Positions 1 to 12,200 of a DNA stretch of 64,000 nt are shown piece after piece. This DNA is from Candidatus Latescibacterota bacterium (GTDB lineage Bacteria > Latescibacterota > CBDEFO01), in contig CBDEFO010000004.1 in assembly GCA_965237525.1 (NCBI GenBank), positions 224,001 to 288,000 on the forward strand. Direction: 5' to 3'. A model generated the notes under the pieces. It had not been told where the DNA came from. It worked only from the letters and a program-made list of their open reading frames with translations, and searched no databases. Every line of letters starts with the position of its first letter. The first letter of the stretch is position 1. The translations under genes were made by a program, and so were the position numbers.

Positions 1-2
1 AT

Positions 3-389
3 TGAATCACTTGTCGCTATTTGAACTGGCAAGACGACTTCCGAATCTGTTGCGTAATCGAAGACAGCAGTTTCGTATTGAAAATTGCCAGAGCTCAAAG
101 GATCCAATAGTACTTCTGCCATTGCTTCATGATTGAACGAATCGAAATAGTACCCCTCTGGTGAATCTTCTCCTTTGCTATAGCGGATGCCTTTAGGATT
201 ATGAAAACCAACAACAGAAGCCCTTATGATGTTACGGCCTGAACCTTTGAGTTCGTCTGCAAGCTCGTTTGCCAAAGTTGTTTTGCCAGAGGCATCTGCA
301 CCATCAATTCCTACAAGTATTGGGCGATCTTTTTGTACTGCGGCTACGGTGTCTGCTAGATGTCTTATTAATTCTTTTCGCTTTATAAT
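3..389 (-). CDS. Uridine-kinase-like P-loop kinase, N-terminal part; runs off the window start
   Basis: Manual translation of the minus strand gives KRKELIRHLADTVAAVQKDRPILVGIDGADASGKTTLANELADELKGSGRNIIRAS...GFHNP...YYFDSF, with Walker A motif GADASGKT. The start codon is unclear. Confidence 0.75.
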   Translation of the reverse strand, partial: MIKRKELIRHLADTVAAVQKDRPILVGIDGADASGKTTLANELADELKGSGRNIIRASVVGFHNPKGIRYSKGEDSPEGYYFDSFNHEAMAEVLLDPLSSGNFQYETAVFDYATDSEVVLPVQIATSDS

Positions 390-439
390 GAGAAGCTGTA
401 AAGTACCCGAATATCGAAACGTTTTGTGGTGGAAATTTC

Positions 440-530
440 GGCTAACGGCTTCTGGTTTGCGAACCGGCGAATGCCGGTTGCCCGAAGGGCCAACGCGCGG
501 ACGCGCCGTAGCGCTAATCAGGTGTTACAT
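440..530 (-). other. attC-like recombination hairpin between two cassette-like genes
   Basis: On the minus strand it begins ATGTAAC 22 nt after the phosphotransferase stop and ends GTTAGCC. It is an imperfect palindrome throughout (CTGGTT/AATCAG, CGGCG/CGCCG). Confidence 0.5.
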
Positions 531-551
531 GACGTGGCACACGGGTACGGA

Positions 552-1634
552 TTACTTGTAACCAAACAAAAACGGTTCGTCAGAGAGGTATTTCTTGCAT
601 TCCGGAATCAAGCAGTCAGGTAGCTCTCCTCCCCATGCACACCGCTGTGTTCGGGCAGCGATGAGTGCTCCTTCGACAAGTCGAACGAAATCGGGACTGC
701 TGCGGGGCCACACTAGCGTAGCCATCAAGAAATCCCCGTCGCATCTCAGGAGCTTGTACGTCTACGAGGCACCACCCGATGTCATCGAACTGGTGCGTCA
801 GTGCGCACAAGTCGAAGTCAATGGGCTTGTAGCGGTCTTCCTCCTCGACGCAATTTAGAACCCTGAAGTCGCCATGGGTCAGGCCCCACGGCTCGCCTCG
901 TGCTTGACGGTTGCGCGTGACGGCTTCGATCGTGCGCTGAAGGAGCGCCAGCTCATCTCTGCTGAGGTTATTGTCTGTACGAACTTTCCAGTGATCGCGC
1001 TCGACCTCCTCCACATCACCCATCCAGTTTATTCGGATTCGATTGAAGCTGTCCGGGCGGGGCCAGGTCCGCCCATGATTGTGGAGGCGCCCGAGAACAA
1101 ATTCCAAGCTCGTGCATCGTCGCTTTCGGCAGGTTGATGGGCTCATCCTCCTTGGCTATGTCCTTTCCTTTTACCCATCGTTGGACGGTGCACACCGCCG
1201 CTGGTCCGTCGGGTCTATGGTCGAGAAGCTGGCAAATTGCGCCCGCTTCGTCCCGCGACCGGAATCTGAATCTCTAACTCAGTGTCTCGATCAAGCGCGA
1301 GAAGCCACGAACACATGGATGCAACTTGTCGGTGCACTTCGTCCAGGGGGAAGTCGTCATAGGGGAAATGCACAGTCACCAGATGCGACGGTTCCGGACC
1401 CTCCGTGACAACGGCGAGAGCGAAGTCGCTGTACCCGAAGTTTCCCATGTGCCCCGCCAGACGCAGCTGCCTAGGTTCCAAGTGACATCGCGCCAGCGCC
1501 TCATTGGAGAGTTTGCGGAGCCGGGCCTCTTGCTCCTCCCAGGGGCGACCATTGAGGTAACAGTTCGACCCGTCTGTGAGCGGTTCAGACTGATACAAGA
1601 CCTGTGTCATTGGCGAGCACTCCGTTGCGTTCAT
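552..1634 (-). pseudogene. APH/homoserine kinase type II family phosphotransferase, frameshifted
   Basis: Fragments 1215-1634 and 616-1146 carry HGDF..N and IDFD motifs. The C-terminus ...KKYLSDEPFLFGYK* lies in a third frame ending at 552. Confidence 0.7.
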
Positions 1635-1939
1635 CCACAGCCTGATTGAAGTATTGTCACATTAGAAGTCAAAAATGCCAACTGATCAGTTCCACATTTT
1701 CATCCCATGTCAGGTAACGTGTTATATCCGATCTATTTCATATATCCTTCCATTTTGGTCTAATATCCGAAGATACATTCCGTTGCGTGAAACACCAGCA
1801 TTGTGTTGTCTTCCCTCACACTGAACCGATGAATCTTCTTACAGGATTCTTCAGGGCAGACTAGCGAGGAAAACCTCTAACAACAGATGTAAGGGAGGCG
1901 AACGTACGGGTCGTCCTCCAATTTATCCTCTAACCTAAG

Positions 1940-4611
1940 CTACAGAGTCAGCAGATAATCTCTGAGCGCGTCTATCTGCATGTCCACCTGCTCTTTTTTG
2001 TACTCCTTATAGATCTTTCTCATTGAAGGAGCCGCGGGGATATATCTCCTCCTTTCGCCTCTTCCTACACCTATCCAGTTATTGGGCATCTTCGTGCCTT
2101 TTTGGATGCTTTGAGGGTCTTTGAGCCACCTTGCGATCCAGTCGTGCCTGAGCCTGTCTTTTGCCATCGTTAGATCAGGCGCCAGACTACCCACATCTAG
2201 ATCGAGTGTCTGTCCCTTTGTCGGATGGCAGGACTTGCACTGCAACAGTGTAAATATCTCTTTTCCGACTTTGATCTGATCTTTTGAGATCTCGCCTTGG
2301 TCCACAAACTCGAAGGGGAAATCCACATCCGCAAGTGACGCAAAATACCTGGCGATGTCCAGTCGCTTCATCCTTCGAAAGGTTGAACGTGGGCATCTTG
2401 ACGTTCAACCAAGGTCTTATAGGGACCGGATTCTTGAGGAAGTTGAAGAGCCACTCGGCTTGAACCTTGTCACCTTCGCCGTTTAAGTTCGGAGGCACCA
2501 AAGCGACCGCCTCGTCCCTGCTTTTACCTTCGGCGACCATAAAGTCGGAGATAATAGGTGCGATGTCTCCGCCTCTATTCTCAATCTTGTGACACCCCAC
2601 ACAGTTGTACTTCTCGACAAGCCTTCTTCCCTTTTCGATCTCCTGTTCCTTCTTTGTGAGCATCCTGGCGTGATTTGGAGACATGTTGCCTCCTCTGAAG
2701 CTCTTCAGCAGGACAGTTAAGGCCTCTACCTCATCGTCGGTAAGTTCGAAGTCAGGCATCCTGGCTACAATCCTCTCGGTGGGCGAATAGTCCTCGGATT
2801 TTTGAGCTTGTTTTTGGTCCACGCCTCCCACGTGAAGTCTATTTCCGTGACGTCTCCGAAGTCCAACGCCTCCGCTTCCTTGTTGCTAAACTCTGTAAGT
2901 TCCACACCTATTCTAGCGGCGTTTTCAAACCCTTTTATGTTATGACATCCAAAGCAGCCGTAATTCTGTATCAGTATCCTCCCTTTTTCTATCACTTGGG
3001 GATCGTTCAAGTGCAGGATGTGGTCTCCATAATCTTGGCTCTTTGTACTCATAAGATATGCCGTAGTAGCCTTAGCCTCCCCATCCGACAGCCTGAGGTT
3101 CGGCATCTTGGTGCTGGAATTGTAAGAGGATGGGTCCTTGACCCATGCAAAGAGCCAATCGGGATCGACCTTGTCACCCACTCTGCTCAGATCGGGAGCG
3201 TAATCAAAATCTCCGTCTAAGTATGTCCCTTTTAAGATCGGACGGCCTTTCCCCAATAAAATGACACCCGTAACAGCCCACCTGTTCCACAATTTTCTTG
3301 CCGTCATCAATCATTTTCTCTGAGTACTCGACCTTTTCAAGCTCCGCCTCTTCAGATGTATTCAAAAGATACGCCGCTACGGACTCAGCTTCGTCTCTTG
3401 AGAACTTGAAGTTCGGCATCTTTGTATGCGGAAGATAACTTTTAGGATTCTCTATCCATCTTATGAGCCATTCGGGATTTGCAGTCTTCATCTTTAGCTT
3501 TGTCAGATCTGGTCCGACCTTCTCCAGATCCTCGTAGCCCTCGATCTTATGGCATCCGTGACAGCCCAACTCTCTCAACAGTCTGTTTCCCTTGGAAAAG
3601 TGGGGTGCACCCTCAAGGTCCACCACCTGGAAGTGACACTTTTTGCAATTTGACTCTATAAAGAAGCCTTCTGCTACCGGGTCTTTCCAGTACTCGTTAT
3701 CCCTTGACAGGGCGTCCTCGTACGTCATAGCTCTTCCCTGCCCTCCGTGACACAATACGCATCCAAATTTGTCTATTGGATGATTGCCTAAAAGAAATTC
3801 TCTATTGGGATGAGCAGTATGAGGCTGAGGGAACTTCTGGACATCTGCAAACTCCGGTTCGTCTATTCCAAGATGGCAGGAACTGCACCTGTCCACCATA
3901 TCTATGTCCCTCAATCACCAACTGCTCTATCTTGGGGATCTTGCGCGCTACGGCCTCCAATTTGAACTTATATTTATTCGCATCCGCTTTCAGTTCATCT
4001 ATTTTTTTGGTCAGTTCCACAATCTCCTTTTCAACCTCATCCAAGTTAGCCAGTGCTTCATCTCTTTTTTCTTGAGCCTCGTCTATTTTCGGGAGGAACG
4101 AATTGGCAAACTTTTCCAGCTTATCCACTTCCGCCTTCTCCCCGGAAGCATCCGATCCCCGATGCAGAGCGTGTTTATAGAGGTAAAAGGCTGCGTCTAA
4201 TTCGCTCTTTGCGAACTGATACTTCTGGGTTACATCCTCAAGAGCGATCTCTTTATCTCTCAGATCTTGGCTGGCTTTTTTATATTCTTCGTTCTTTTCC
4301 AGATTCTTCTTTGCCTCCTCCAACTTCGCCGTCAGTTCCCTCTCCTCCTCGGGCATAGCCTTCAGTGCCTCTTCATACTCAGCCTTGGTCACTTCGTGCT
4401 CGTATTTGAAGAACTCCTCCTGAACCTTTTTCCAGGGTCGTCTGGTTATCGCCTCGTCGTATATAGTCCAGACCGTCACTAAGAGCATCACCATGATGGT
4501 CACAAGAAAGACGACACTGTAGGACTTGTCCTCCACCTTGAGTGTGTTAGACTCTTCCTCCTGTGTTTCTTCTTCTTTCTTATTTTCCTGGTTTTCTTGA
4601 TCTGACGCCAT
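1940..4611 (-). CDS. Membrane-anchored multiheme (8 CxxCH) cytochrome c with N-terminal coiled coil; split by four frameshifts, probably sequencing errors
   Basis: Five consecutive ORFs contain CSSCH, CVLCH, CKKCH, CHGCH, CYGCH, CFGCH, CVGCH and CKSCH, plus repeated GPDL...W..P...KMP motifs. They rejoin by removing extra bases near 3909, 3207, 2780-2790 and 2360. Confidence 0.85.
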
Positions 4612-4836
4612 GCTGTACCTTTCTAAAGAGTGGATAACCCGTTAAAAGGACAGTTGTTACACGCTATGTTTTCCCTGAGACACTCTGGCTTGCATCTTCC
4701 CCGTTATCTTTCCTGAAGTACCCATGTTAGACACCCAGACGTCGAGCCAACAGGCGCCCACCATCGTACCCAAGACCGCTAAAGTGACCGCTGCACTCAG
4801 GCGGCGGACCAAGTTCACGTCTGTCGCAAGATGCCT

Positions 4837-5133
4837 TCACTCTACATTTGCGATCTCAGCCTGTAATCTTAAGGCGTAGGTGGTGGCTGTGGATGGGGCG
4901 ACGTACCACTTGCCTTTGTAGAGCAAATAAGATAACGCAAAACCCACGGCGACGCCCAAGATATTCAATATGACTAACCACTTGAATGCGTAGTCGTAAG
5001 GGGCGGTTCTATATTCTGTGAGGTGACAAGAAGTAAAGACATGAACGGGGAGAATTAAGAAGAGGTATATATATGAGGCGTTTCGGTATTTCCTTATGTG
5101 ATTTGATAAGGGTGCTGTTGTTGATATATCCAC
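4837..5133 (-). CDS. Small hypothetical membrane protein
   Basis: 98-aa ORF with two hydrophobic segments inside the cytochrome operon. Confidence 0.4.
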   Translation of the reverse strand: MDISTTAPLSNHIRKYRNASYIYLFLILPVHVFTSCHLTEYRTAPYDYAFKWLVILNILGVAVGFALSYLLYKGKWYVAPSTATTYALRLQAEIANVE

Positions 5134-5214
5134 GATTTTGCCTTTGGAATCACTGATAGCCCTAAACCCTTCTTCCCCTGATAAGAGGATAAGAGCAGGA
5201 GAGATGACAGGTCG

Positions 5215-6090
5215 CTATATGTTAAACCATGGAGTCACCCATACATATTTTATATTGAAGGCTATTCTCAGGAACATCTTTATAGGCAACGCCATCATAC
5301 TCAGGAACAAAAAGGCGGTCACCGCGTACTTGATCGGATAGTTCTTGAGGTATGCGCTTTTATTTTTTCTGACAAAGTAATAGATGACCCCAAAAAAGTA
5401 ATAACCTCCTACAACTATGGCACCGAAAATAGAGGCCATAAAGTTGTCCCTTATACCCAGGGCATAAGTCAGGTTCACGTTTGTCAGGGCTACCACTTTG
5501 TGGGGGTCCCATCTTTCCCAGGGGAAGAAAAAGTTCCATCCAGGTCCCCTCAGAAACGTCCCCATCATTATGAGGAACACCCATAGGACTATAAAGCCAA
5601 AACAGAACATGGTTATGGCGAACTTTCTCTCTTTGAACGTATAGTATCCCTGTCCCAACTTGTTCGTATCTACATAAGGAATAGCCATCAACCCTATAAC
5701 GATCAGAGTCGGAAGTACGACGCCGGCTATCCATGGATCGAAATAGACGAGCATCTCCTGAAGCCCCAAAAAGTACCAGGGTGCCTTGGAAGGATTGGGT
5801 GTCTTGGAAGAATTAGCTATATCCTCCAAAGGAGCATCTATCCCAATTGACCACACTGTAAGCAGGATCATACCCATCAAAAGACACAGAAACTCCGATC
5901 TCGTCAGATAGGGCCACACCAACACCTTGTCGTTCTCCACCTCCTCGGCGGACTTCTTTCCCTGTGCCTTCCGCCTGTCATTTTTTACCGCCTGCCTCAT
6001 AGCTATATAAAGGCAGAAAAAGACCAATAGTAACATCCCGGCGATGGGTATATTATCCGGTTTGCTCAATATTTTTATGAGGTTTTCCAT
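5215..6090 (-). CDS. Cytochrome b C-terminal / subunit IV-like protein
   Basis: Starts [13 protein letters not shown] and contains VWPYL and [16 protein letters not shown], the PEWY-equivalent region. Confidence 0.85.
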   Translation of the reverse strand: MENLIKILSKPDNIPIAGMLLLVFFCLYIAMRQAVKNDRRKAQGKKSAEEVENDKVLVWPYLTRSEFLCLLMGMILLTVWSIGIDAPLEDIANSSKTPNPSKAPWYFLGLQEMLVYFDPWIAGVVLPTLIVIGLMAIPYVDTNKLGQGYYTFKERKFAITMFCFGFIVLWVFLIMMGTFLRGPGWNFFFPWERWDPHKVVALTNVNLTYALGIRDNFMASIFGAIVVGGYYFFGVIYYFVRKNKSAYLKNYPIKYAVTAFLFLSMMALPIKMFLRIAFNIKYVWVTPWFNI

Positions 6091-6145
6091 ATTATTACTG
6101 CCTGAAAACTCATGCGATGTGGAGTGGTTAGGTACCTTTGCTTTT

Positions 6146-6912
6146 CTAAATTGGACCCGAGATTCCCCGTCCTTCCTTATCCTCCAGAAGTGGACAGCCA
6201 TAAGTATGCTCGCCACAAGGGGGATAAAAATGCAGTGGAGAACATAGAACCTCAAGAGCGTAGGGGGCCCGACCACAGTCCCACCCAGAAGGACGAATCT
6301 CACGTCGTTGTCTGGTTTCATTCCCAGATACTCGGAGAACGGGCCTTCGTGCCCCAGAAGAGGAGTCGCTCGCGCCATGTTCGTCCCGACTGTCACAGCC
6401 CATATTGAAAGCTGATCCCACGGCAGAAGATAACCGGTGAAGCTCAAAAGGAGCGTGAGCACCAGAAGAATGACGCCCACTGCCCAGTTGAACTCCCTTG
6501 GGGGTTTGTACGACCCCGTCAGAAAGACCCTGAACATGTGAAGCCAGACGGCGATCACCATCCCGTGAGCTGCCCAGCGGTGCATATTTCTCAGCATCAT
6601 TCCGAACGGAACGTCGAACTGGAGGTATTTCATGTCGGAGTAGGCGTCAGCGGTCGGCCGGTAGTAGAACATCAAAAAGATACCTGTGACCACGGTCACA
6701 AGGAACATCAAAAACGTTATTCCGCCCATGCACCAGGTGAATCTTATCCTGAGAGCGTGTCTGGGGAGCTTGATGGGATGCAGGTGAAGAAAGACGTTGT
6801 CCAGTATCTGCAGCAACCTGTTGCGAGGTGTATCCTTATAGTCGTGTCTGAACGCTGATGTCCATATCTGCGACTTGGTTATTTTGTCCTTAAGCTGTTT
6901 GACGTTCAACAT
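6146..6912 (-). CDS. petB: Cytochrome b6-like N-terminal subunit
   Basis: Motifs [33 protein letters not shown] and RFYVLH; AGGAGG RBS before the ATG at 6912. One extra G in the run at 6165-6168 restores the ending KDGGISGPI*. Confidence 0.88.
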
Positions 6913-6975
6913 TTCCTCCTTATGATTGTGCAAAGATACTCAAAGTTCCCTTTAGCGTCTAAATCAGAGCAATAA

Positions 6976-7004
6976 AAGATAACAACTACTATATCTCTTG
7001 TCAA
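6976..7004 (-). promoter_or_regulatory. sigma70-type promoter of the cytochrome b operon
   Basis: TTGACA-17 bp-TATCTT with an extended TG. Confidence 0.6.
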
Positions 7005-7059
7005 GCCTCTTAGCCAAAATTTTTTTGGAAAATTTTCTGGAATAATGAATTGACTTTAG

Positions 7060-8579
7060 AAGCCTTGTGAAAAACCCTTAGATTCAGAAAGTAGTATAGA
7101 ACAAGCATTGATAAAGCAGCTCCGATGTATTATATTATGTTATTGATAATATTATACATGGAGGAAACAATGACCCCACAAAAGCAGGAACAGACAAATC
7201 CGGTGTTTCACTATTTTCAGATGGAGGATTTAGTTCCCGAGGATCATATCCTTCGTCAGATTGATGAGGCAGTTGATTTTTCATTTGTACGAGACGTTGT
7301 ATCAGATTGTTATTGCCCTGACAATGGCAGACCCGGTATTGATCCTGAATTAGTTGTTCGAATGATCCTTATTGGCTATCTGTATAATTTGAGTGAGAAT
7401 CGGCTCTGTCAGGAAGTGGGGATGCATGCGGCATATCGGTTGTTTTGTCATCAGACATTTGATGATGCGGTTCCGGATAGGAGCACGATCAACAAGCTTC
7501 GCAATCACAAGTGGGCATCCAGTGGGTTGTTTGAACGGATAATGCGTCAGGTAGTCCAGTGTTGTATAGATGTCGGTGTTGTGAGCGGTAAACACCTTAG
7601 TGTCGACGGCACTCAGATACAAGCTGATGCTTCAGTGAAAAGTATTGAGCCGATAGAACCCCCTTTTTCTCTTGATGATTATCTCAAGGGAATCGGTTTT
7701 GAAGGTGATAAGACAAAGGGTAGGTCCCGGGCATCCTCAGGATAAAGACTTTCATGGTGAAAAGTGGACGAACCAAACACACCGTTCGACTACAGACCCC
7801 GACGCGCGCTTATACAGCAAATCGAAGGGCAAAGGGGCTTTTCTCTCGTTTATGGGCCATGATCTGATCGACACAAAAAGCAGAGTAATCCTTGAGACTC
7901 AGGGCACGCAGGCGACAGGGACAGCAGAGCCCGAAAGTGCCCTTAAGATGGTAGATGACCTTGAAACATACACCATGCCCAAAGACATTCAGACACTTAG
8001 TGCCGATACCGGTTACGGTTCTGGTAATTTTATCGCTGATGTACTTGACCGGGGAATCATACCCCATATTCCTCTGCGAGCCGATGAGAAGATTGAACCG
8101 ATTCCTACATGGAAAAACAAGACAAATTCAGCACATATTCAGGCCGAACGGGATAGAAAAGTGCGAGAGGCGAAAGCCAGAAATCATGCACGGTCTATCT
8201 CATTAACAGCTGACTACAAACTCTCCCGGAGACTCCGTAAACGCAGTGAACATATCTTTGCTGAAGCCAGGCAACAACACGGTATGGGACGAGCCCGTTA
8301 CAGAGAACTAGCCTCACTGAATGAACAGTTGAATCTTGTTGCAACAGTACAGAATCTCAAGAGGCTTGTATCTTTCATAAGAAGGGGGAAAGCGTCTATG
8401 TGTGCCCTGTCTGTCAAAGACAGTGCATCCTGTTCTTCAAACAGCTCCTATTCCTTGCTGACCAGAACTCTGATAAGACTATTTTGCTTATTCCACAGCA
8501 AAACGATACGATATGCTACTCTTTGACCCATAATCGGCGCTTCAGACGCTGCCTGGGACATAACTATTTCACAAGGCTT
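7060..8579 (+). mobile_element. IS1182-like insertion sequence, copy 1 (transposase frameshifted)
   Basis: TIRs AAGCCTTGTGAAA/TTTCACAAGGCTT; TSD TTAG; GRPGIDP and VDGT/ADTGY motifs; one extra C near 7727. Confidence 0.92.
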
Positions 8580-9099
8580 TTAGTGAATAGATCTTCCTTA
8601 GTCTCTATGTCATTTTTCTTTGCAATGAGCAAAGTGGCTGGCAAATCCGTGGTCAGCGTAGTACCTTGCATTTTCAAATAGTTCATCACCTCTCTATACA
8701 AGTTTATGACCTTTAGCTCGGAGTATTGTTCTTCCGCCAGATTTACCATCTTTTCCCTGGCCGACCCTGACAAAACCCAAGCGACCTTCTCTAAACCTAC
8801 GGGAATGTTTCTGTTTTTTTCCAGCTCAAGCCACTTTACCATTTCATCCAAAATAGCCTCATAGTCCTCATGCACTTCAACTTCACCTGAACTGTCAAAG
8901 GAAGTGTTCCATTTGTTAGCCTTAGCGTAGAGTCGAGCTAGAACTGTTCCCATAGAGTCTTCCCCAGCACAGACCAATAACTTAATACTTTTCTCGGGGC
9001 CGGCCGACTTAAAAAAGAGGCCGATTTTCCCCACATCTTGCGAGAGTCTGAATATGGACCCTATGATCTTATACTTTTCCTCTTCCTTCTCCTCTCTAA

Positions 9100-10618
9100 A
9101 AGCCTTGTGAAAAACCCTTAGATTCAGAAAGCAGTATAGAACAAGCATTGATAAAGCAGCTCCGATGTATTATATTATGTTATTGATAATATTATACATG
9201 GAGGAAACAATGACCCCACAAAAGCAGGAACAGACAAATCCGATGTTTCACTATTTTCAGATGGAGGATTTAGTTCCCGAGGATCATATCCTTCGTCAGA
9301 TTGATGAGGCAGTTGATTTTTCATTTGTACGAGACGTTGTATCAGATTGTTATTGCCCTGACAATGGCAGACCCGGTATTGATCCTGAATTAGTTGTTCG
9401 AATGATCCTTATTGGCTATCTGTATAATTTGAGTGAGAATCGGCTCTGTCAGGAAGTGGGGATGCATGCGGCATATCGGTTGTTTTGTCATCAGACATTT
9501 GATGATGCGGTTCCGGATAGGAGCACGATCAACAAGCTTCGCAATCACAAGTGGGCATCCAGTGGGTTGTTTGAACGGATAATGCGTCAGGTAGGCCAGT
9601 GTTGCATAGATGTCGGTCTTGTGAGCGGTAAACACCTTAGTGTCGACGGCACTCAGATACAAGCTGATGCTTCAGTGAAAAGTATTGAGCCGATAGAACC
9701 CCCTGTTTCTCTTGATGATTATCTCAAGGGAATCGGTTTTGAAGGTGATAAGACAAAGGGTAGGTCCGGGCATCCTCAGGATAAAGACTTTCATGGTGAA
9801 AAGTGGACGAACCAAACACACCGTTCGACTACAGACCCCGACGCGCGCTTATACAGCAAATCGAAGGGCAAAGGGGCTTTTCTCTCGTTTATGGGCCATG
9901 ATCTGATCGACACAAAAAGCAGAGTAATCCTTGAGACTCAGGGCACGCAGGCGACAGGGACAGCAGAGCCCGAAAGTGCCCTTAAGATGGTAGATGACCT
10001 TGAAACATAGACCATGCCCAAAGACATTCAGACACTTAGTGCCGATACCGGTTACGGTTCTGGTAATTTTATCGCTGATGTACTTGACCGGGGAATCATA
10101 CCCCATATTCCTCTGCGAGCCGATGAGAAGATTGAACCGATTCCTACATGGAAAAACAAGACAAATTCAGCACATATTCAGGCCGAACGGGATAGAAAAG
10201 TGCGAGAGGCGAAAGCCAGAAATCATGCACGGTCTATCTCATTAACAGCTGACTACAAACTCTCCCGGAGACTCCGTAAACGCAGTGAACATATCTTTGC
10301 TGAAGCCAGGCAACAACACGGTATGGGACGAGCCCGTTATAGAGGACCAGCCTCACTGAATGAACAGTTGAATCTTGTTGCAACAGTACAGAATCTCAAG
10401 AGGCTTGTATCTTTCATAAGAAGGGGGAAAGCGTCTATGTGTGCCCTGTCTGTCAAAGACAGTGCATCCTGTTCTTCAAACAGCTCCTGTTCCTTGCTGA
10501 CCAGAACTCTGATAAGACTATTTTGCTTATTCCACAGCAAAACGATACGATATGCTTCTCTTTGACCCATAATCGGCGCTTCAGACGCTGCCTGGGACAT
10601 AACTATTTCACAAGGCTT
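9100..10618 (+). mobile_element. IS1182-like insertion sequence, copy 2 (transposase with nonsense codon)
   Basis: Same TIRs; TSD CTAA; TAC>TAG at 10008-10010. Confidence 0.92.
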
Positions 10619-11369
10619 CTAAGTATACTTGGAGCCAAGAAGATAGGAAGCTCTGCTATGAGAGGAACATCGTCCTTAGCGAGCTCTTTTTTTATTTGGC
10701 CAAGATCAATGGCTATAGGCTCGGCTGTGAGCCTGATATCTTGTTTAAGAGACACAATTAAGGACTTGTACTCCTCCTTTAAGACCTTCAGATAGAGGAA
10801 TTTTAATTCCTGGTTATTCATCATTATTGCTCCTTTAACCTGTCTTTAACCTGTGGTCCCCTCTATAACTACTTTGGGTGTTACTGCTTCTCTATAATAA
10901 AGTATGACAAGCTTGTCTGCAAGCATTATTTAATGGTTAAAGAAATAGTAAGGTCTGGAAGGTGATTAAGAGATTAGAGCTATCTCAGGCTGTTAATCTT
11001 AATCAGAAAAGTACCCTGAGGAATATTCCTCCTAAGAATAACTAAGCTTCTATTTTTAATGTTCTTGTGCTTATTCATCATTTACAAACCTCTTGCTCTT
11101 AGATATCTTTTAGTTACGTAACTTTTCGTTATCCCATAGCACAACGGTGGTTGGCTGGTGTCTCTGCTGTAAGATCGTTCTGGCAAATGCCGGTCCCGGG
11201 GAACAGCCCGAACTGGATGATGGACTGTGTCGAGAAGATGTGCCGGAGAACTTGGGCGAGGAATAAAGGGGATAAAAAAAGGTCGAAATATAATCCCTAA
11301 TGAATGTGATATGGGGAATGTCGGTTTCTAACTAAAACGGTGAAGTTGAATGAAAGGAGGTTGAAAAAG

Positions 11370-12182
11370 ATGAGTCTGTTCAGGGATGTAATACGAAGCA
11401 TACATGGCTTCCTGTCTGATTCAGAATCAGAAGAGAAGCCAAAAGCCAAACCTCGTATTCAAGAGCTTGCTACCCAGAGGGTTCAAGCCCTGCAAGGGAG
11501 ATGGGAGGTTGTTGAGGCTCAGGTAAAGTTGGCGGCCCAAACACGTCAAGAGCTCAAAAAGCTCGTGGCAGAAGCCAAAGCCGTAGAAACGATTGGCATA
11601 AGAGCAATGGCTGCCAACAACAACAAGAAAGCGGAAGCTGCCCAGGCACGGTATGTAATTTTGCAGGAAACTATCCAGCAGATGACTACTCAAGCTCAGA
11701 CTGCTGATCAAGAAGCCCAAGAGGCGTTGGTAAGCTTTAAGACGGAAGCCAATGCCGCCAGGAGATCAGTCTCAGAAGCCAAAGCCCTGGCTCAACTTGA
11801 GCACGTGCTAGAGCTTCAAAAGAAGCATCGGGCACTCGAAATAACACAGTCAACAGCGGCTGATGAGTTCGAAGAGGCCAAAGACCAGCTTCTTTTGGAG
11901 ACATCAGTTCAGGCTGCTACCCAGAATATTCAGAAAGGAGAAGATGAACTGGCTGGGGAGATAGCGGCCGAATTACAAGATTTCAAGGCTCAACAGATCG
12001 GAGAAGAGTGGAGAAAGAGACTGGCTGAGGCGAATGGTAAAGTCGATGCTGAATTTGAGATTATAAGCAGCGATGCCAGTGAAGAGGCCATCCAATTTCT
12101 GGATCGACCTGTTTTGGGGGGCTTACTTGGTCATCAGGCCACTACTCCTGAAGACGAAGATTCAGAGGGTTCAAATGAGTAG
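11370..12182 (+). CDS. PspA/IM30-like coiled-coil protein
   Basis: Amphipathic N-terminus MSLFRDVIRSIHGFL followed by a long Ala/Glu/Gln coiled coil; AGGAGG RBS; lies upstream of yqiJ/flotillin-like genes. Confidence 0.65.
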   Translation: MSLFRDVIRSIHGFLSDSESEEKPKAKPRIQELATQRVQALQGRWEVVEAQVKLAAQTRQELKKLVAEAKAVETIGIRAMAANNNKKAEAAQARYVILQETIQQMTTQAQTADQEAQEALVSFKTEANAARRSVSEAKALAQLEHVLELQKKHRALEITQSTAADEFEEAKDQLLLETSVQAATQNIQKGEDELAGEIAAELQDFKAQQIGEEWRKRLAEANGKVDAEFEIISSDASEEAIQFLDRPVLGGLLGHQATTPEDEDSEGSNE

Positions 12183-12200
12183 GCAGCAGAAGGAAAGGGG

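Larger units (their letters stand above)
7010..10824 (-). pseudogene. Hypothetical protein of ~255 aa interrupted by two IS copies
   Basis: Removing both IS copies and one TSD each gives a continuous frame: MMNNQELK...APSILR|EEKEEE...EDLFTK|VNSLFQKIFQKNFG*. Confidence 0.8.

Noticed and set aside
5215..6933. Natural full-length fused cytochrome b (572 aa)
   Set aside because: A single missing G explains the read-through; the conserved end GGISGPI* is present in another frame.
7060..10618. Composite transposon formed by IS copies 1 and 2
   Set aside because: Each copy has its own distinct TSD, and the enclosed DNA is the middle of the interrupted gene.
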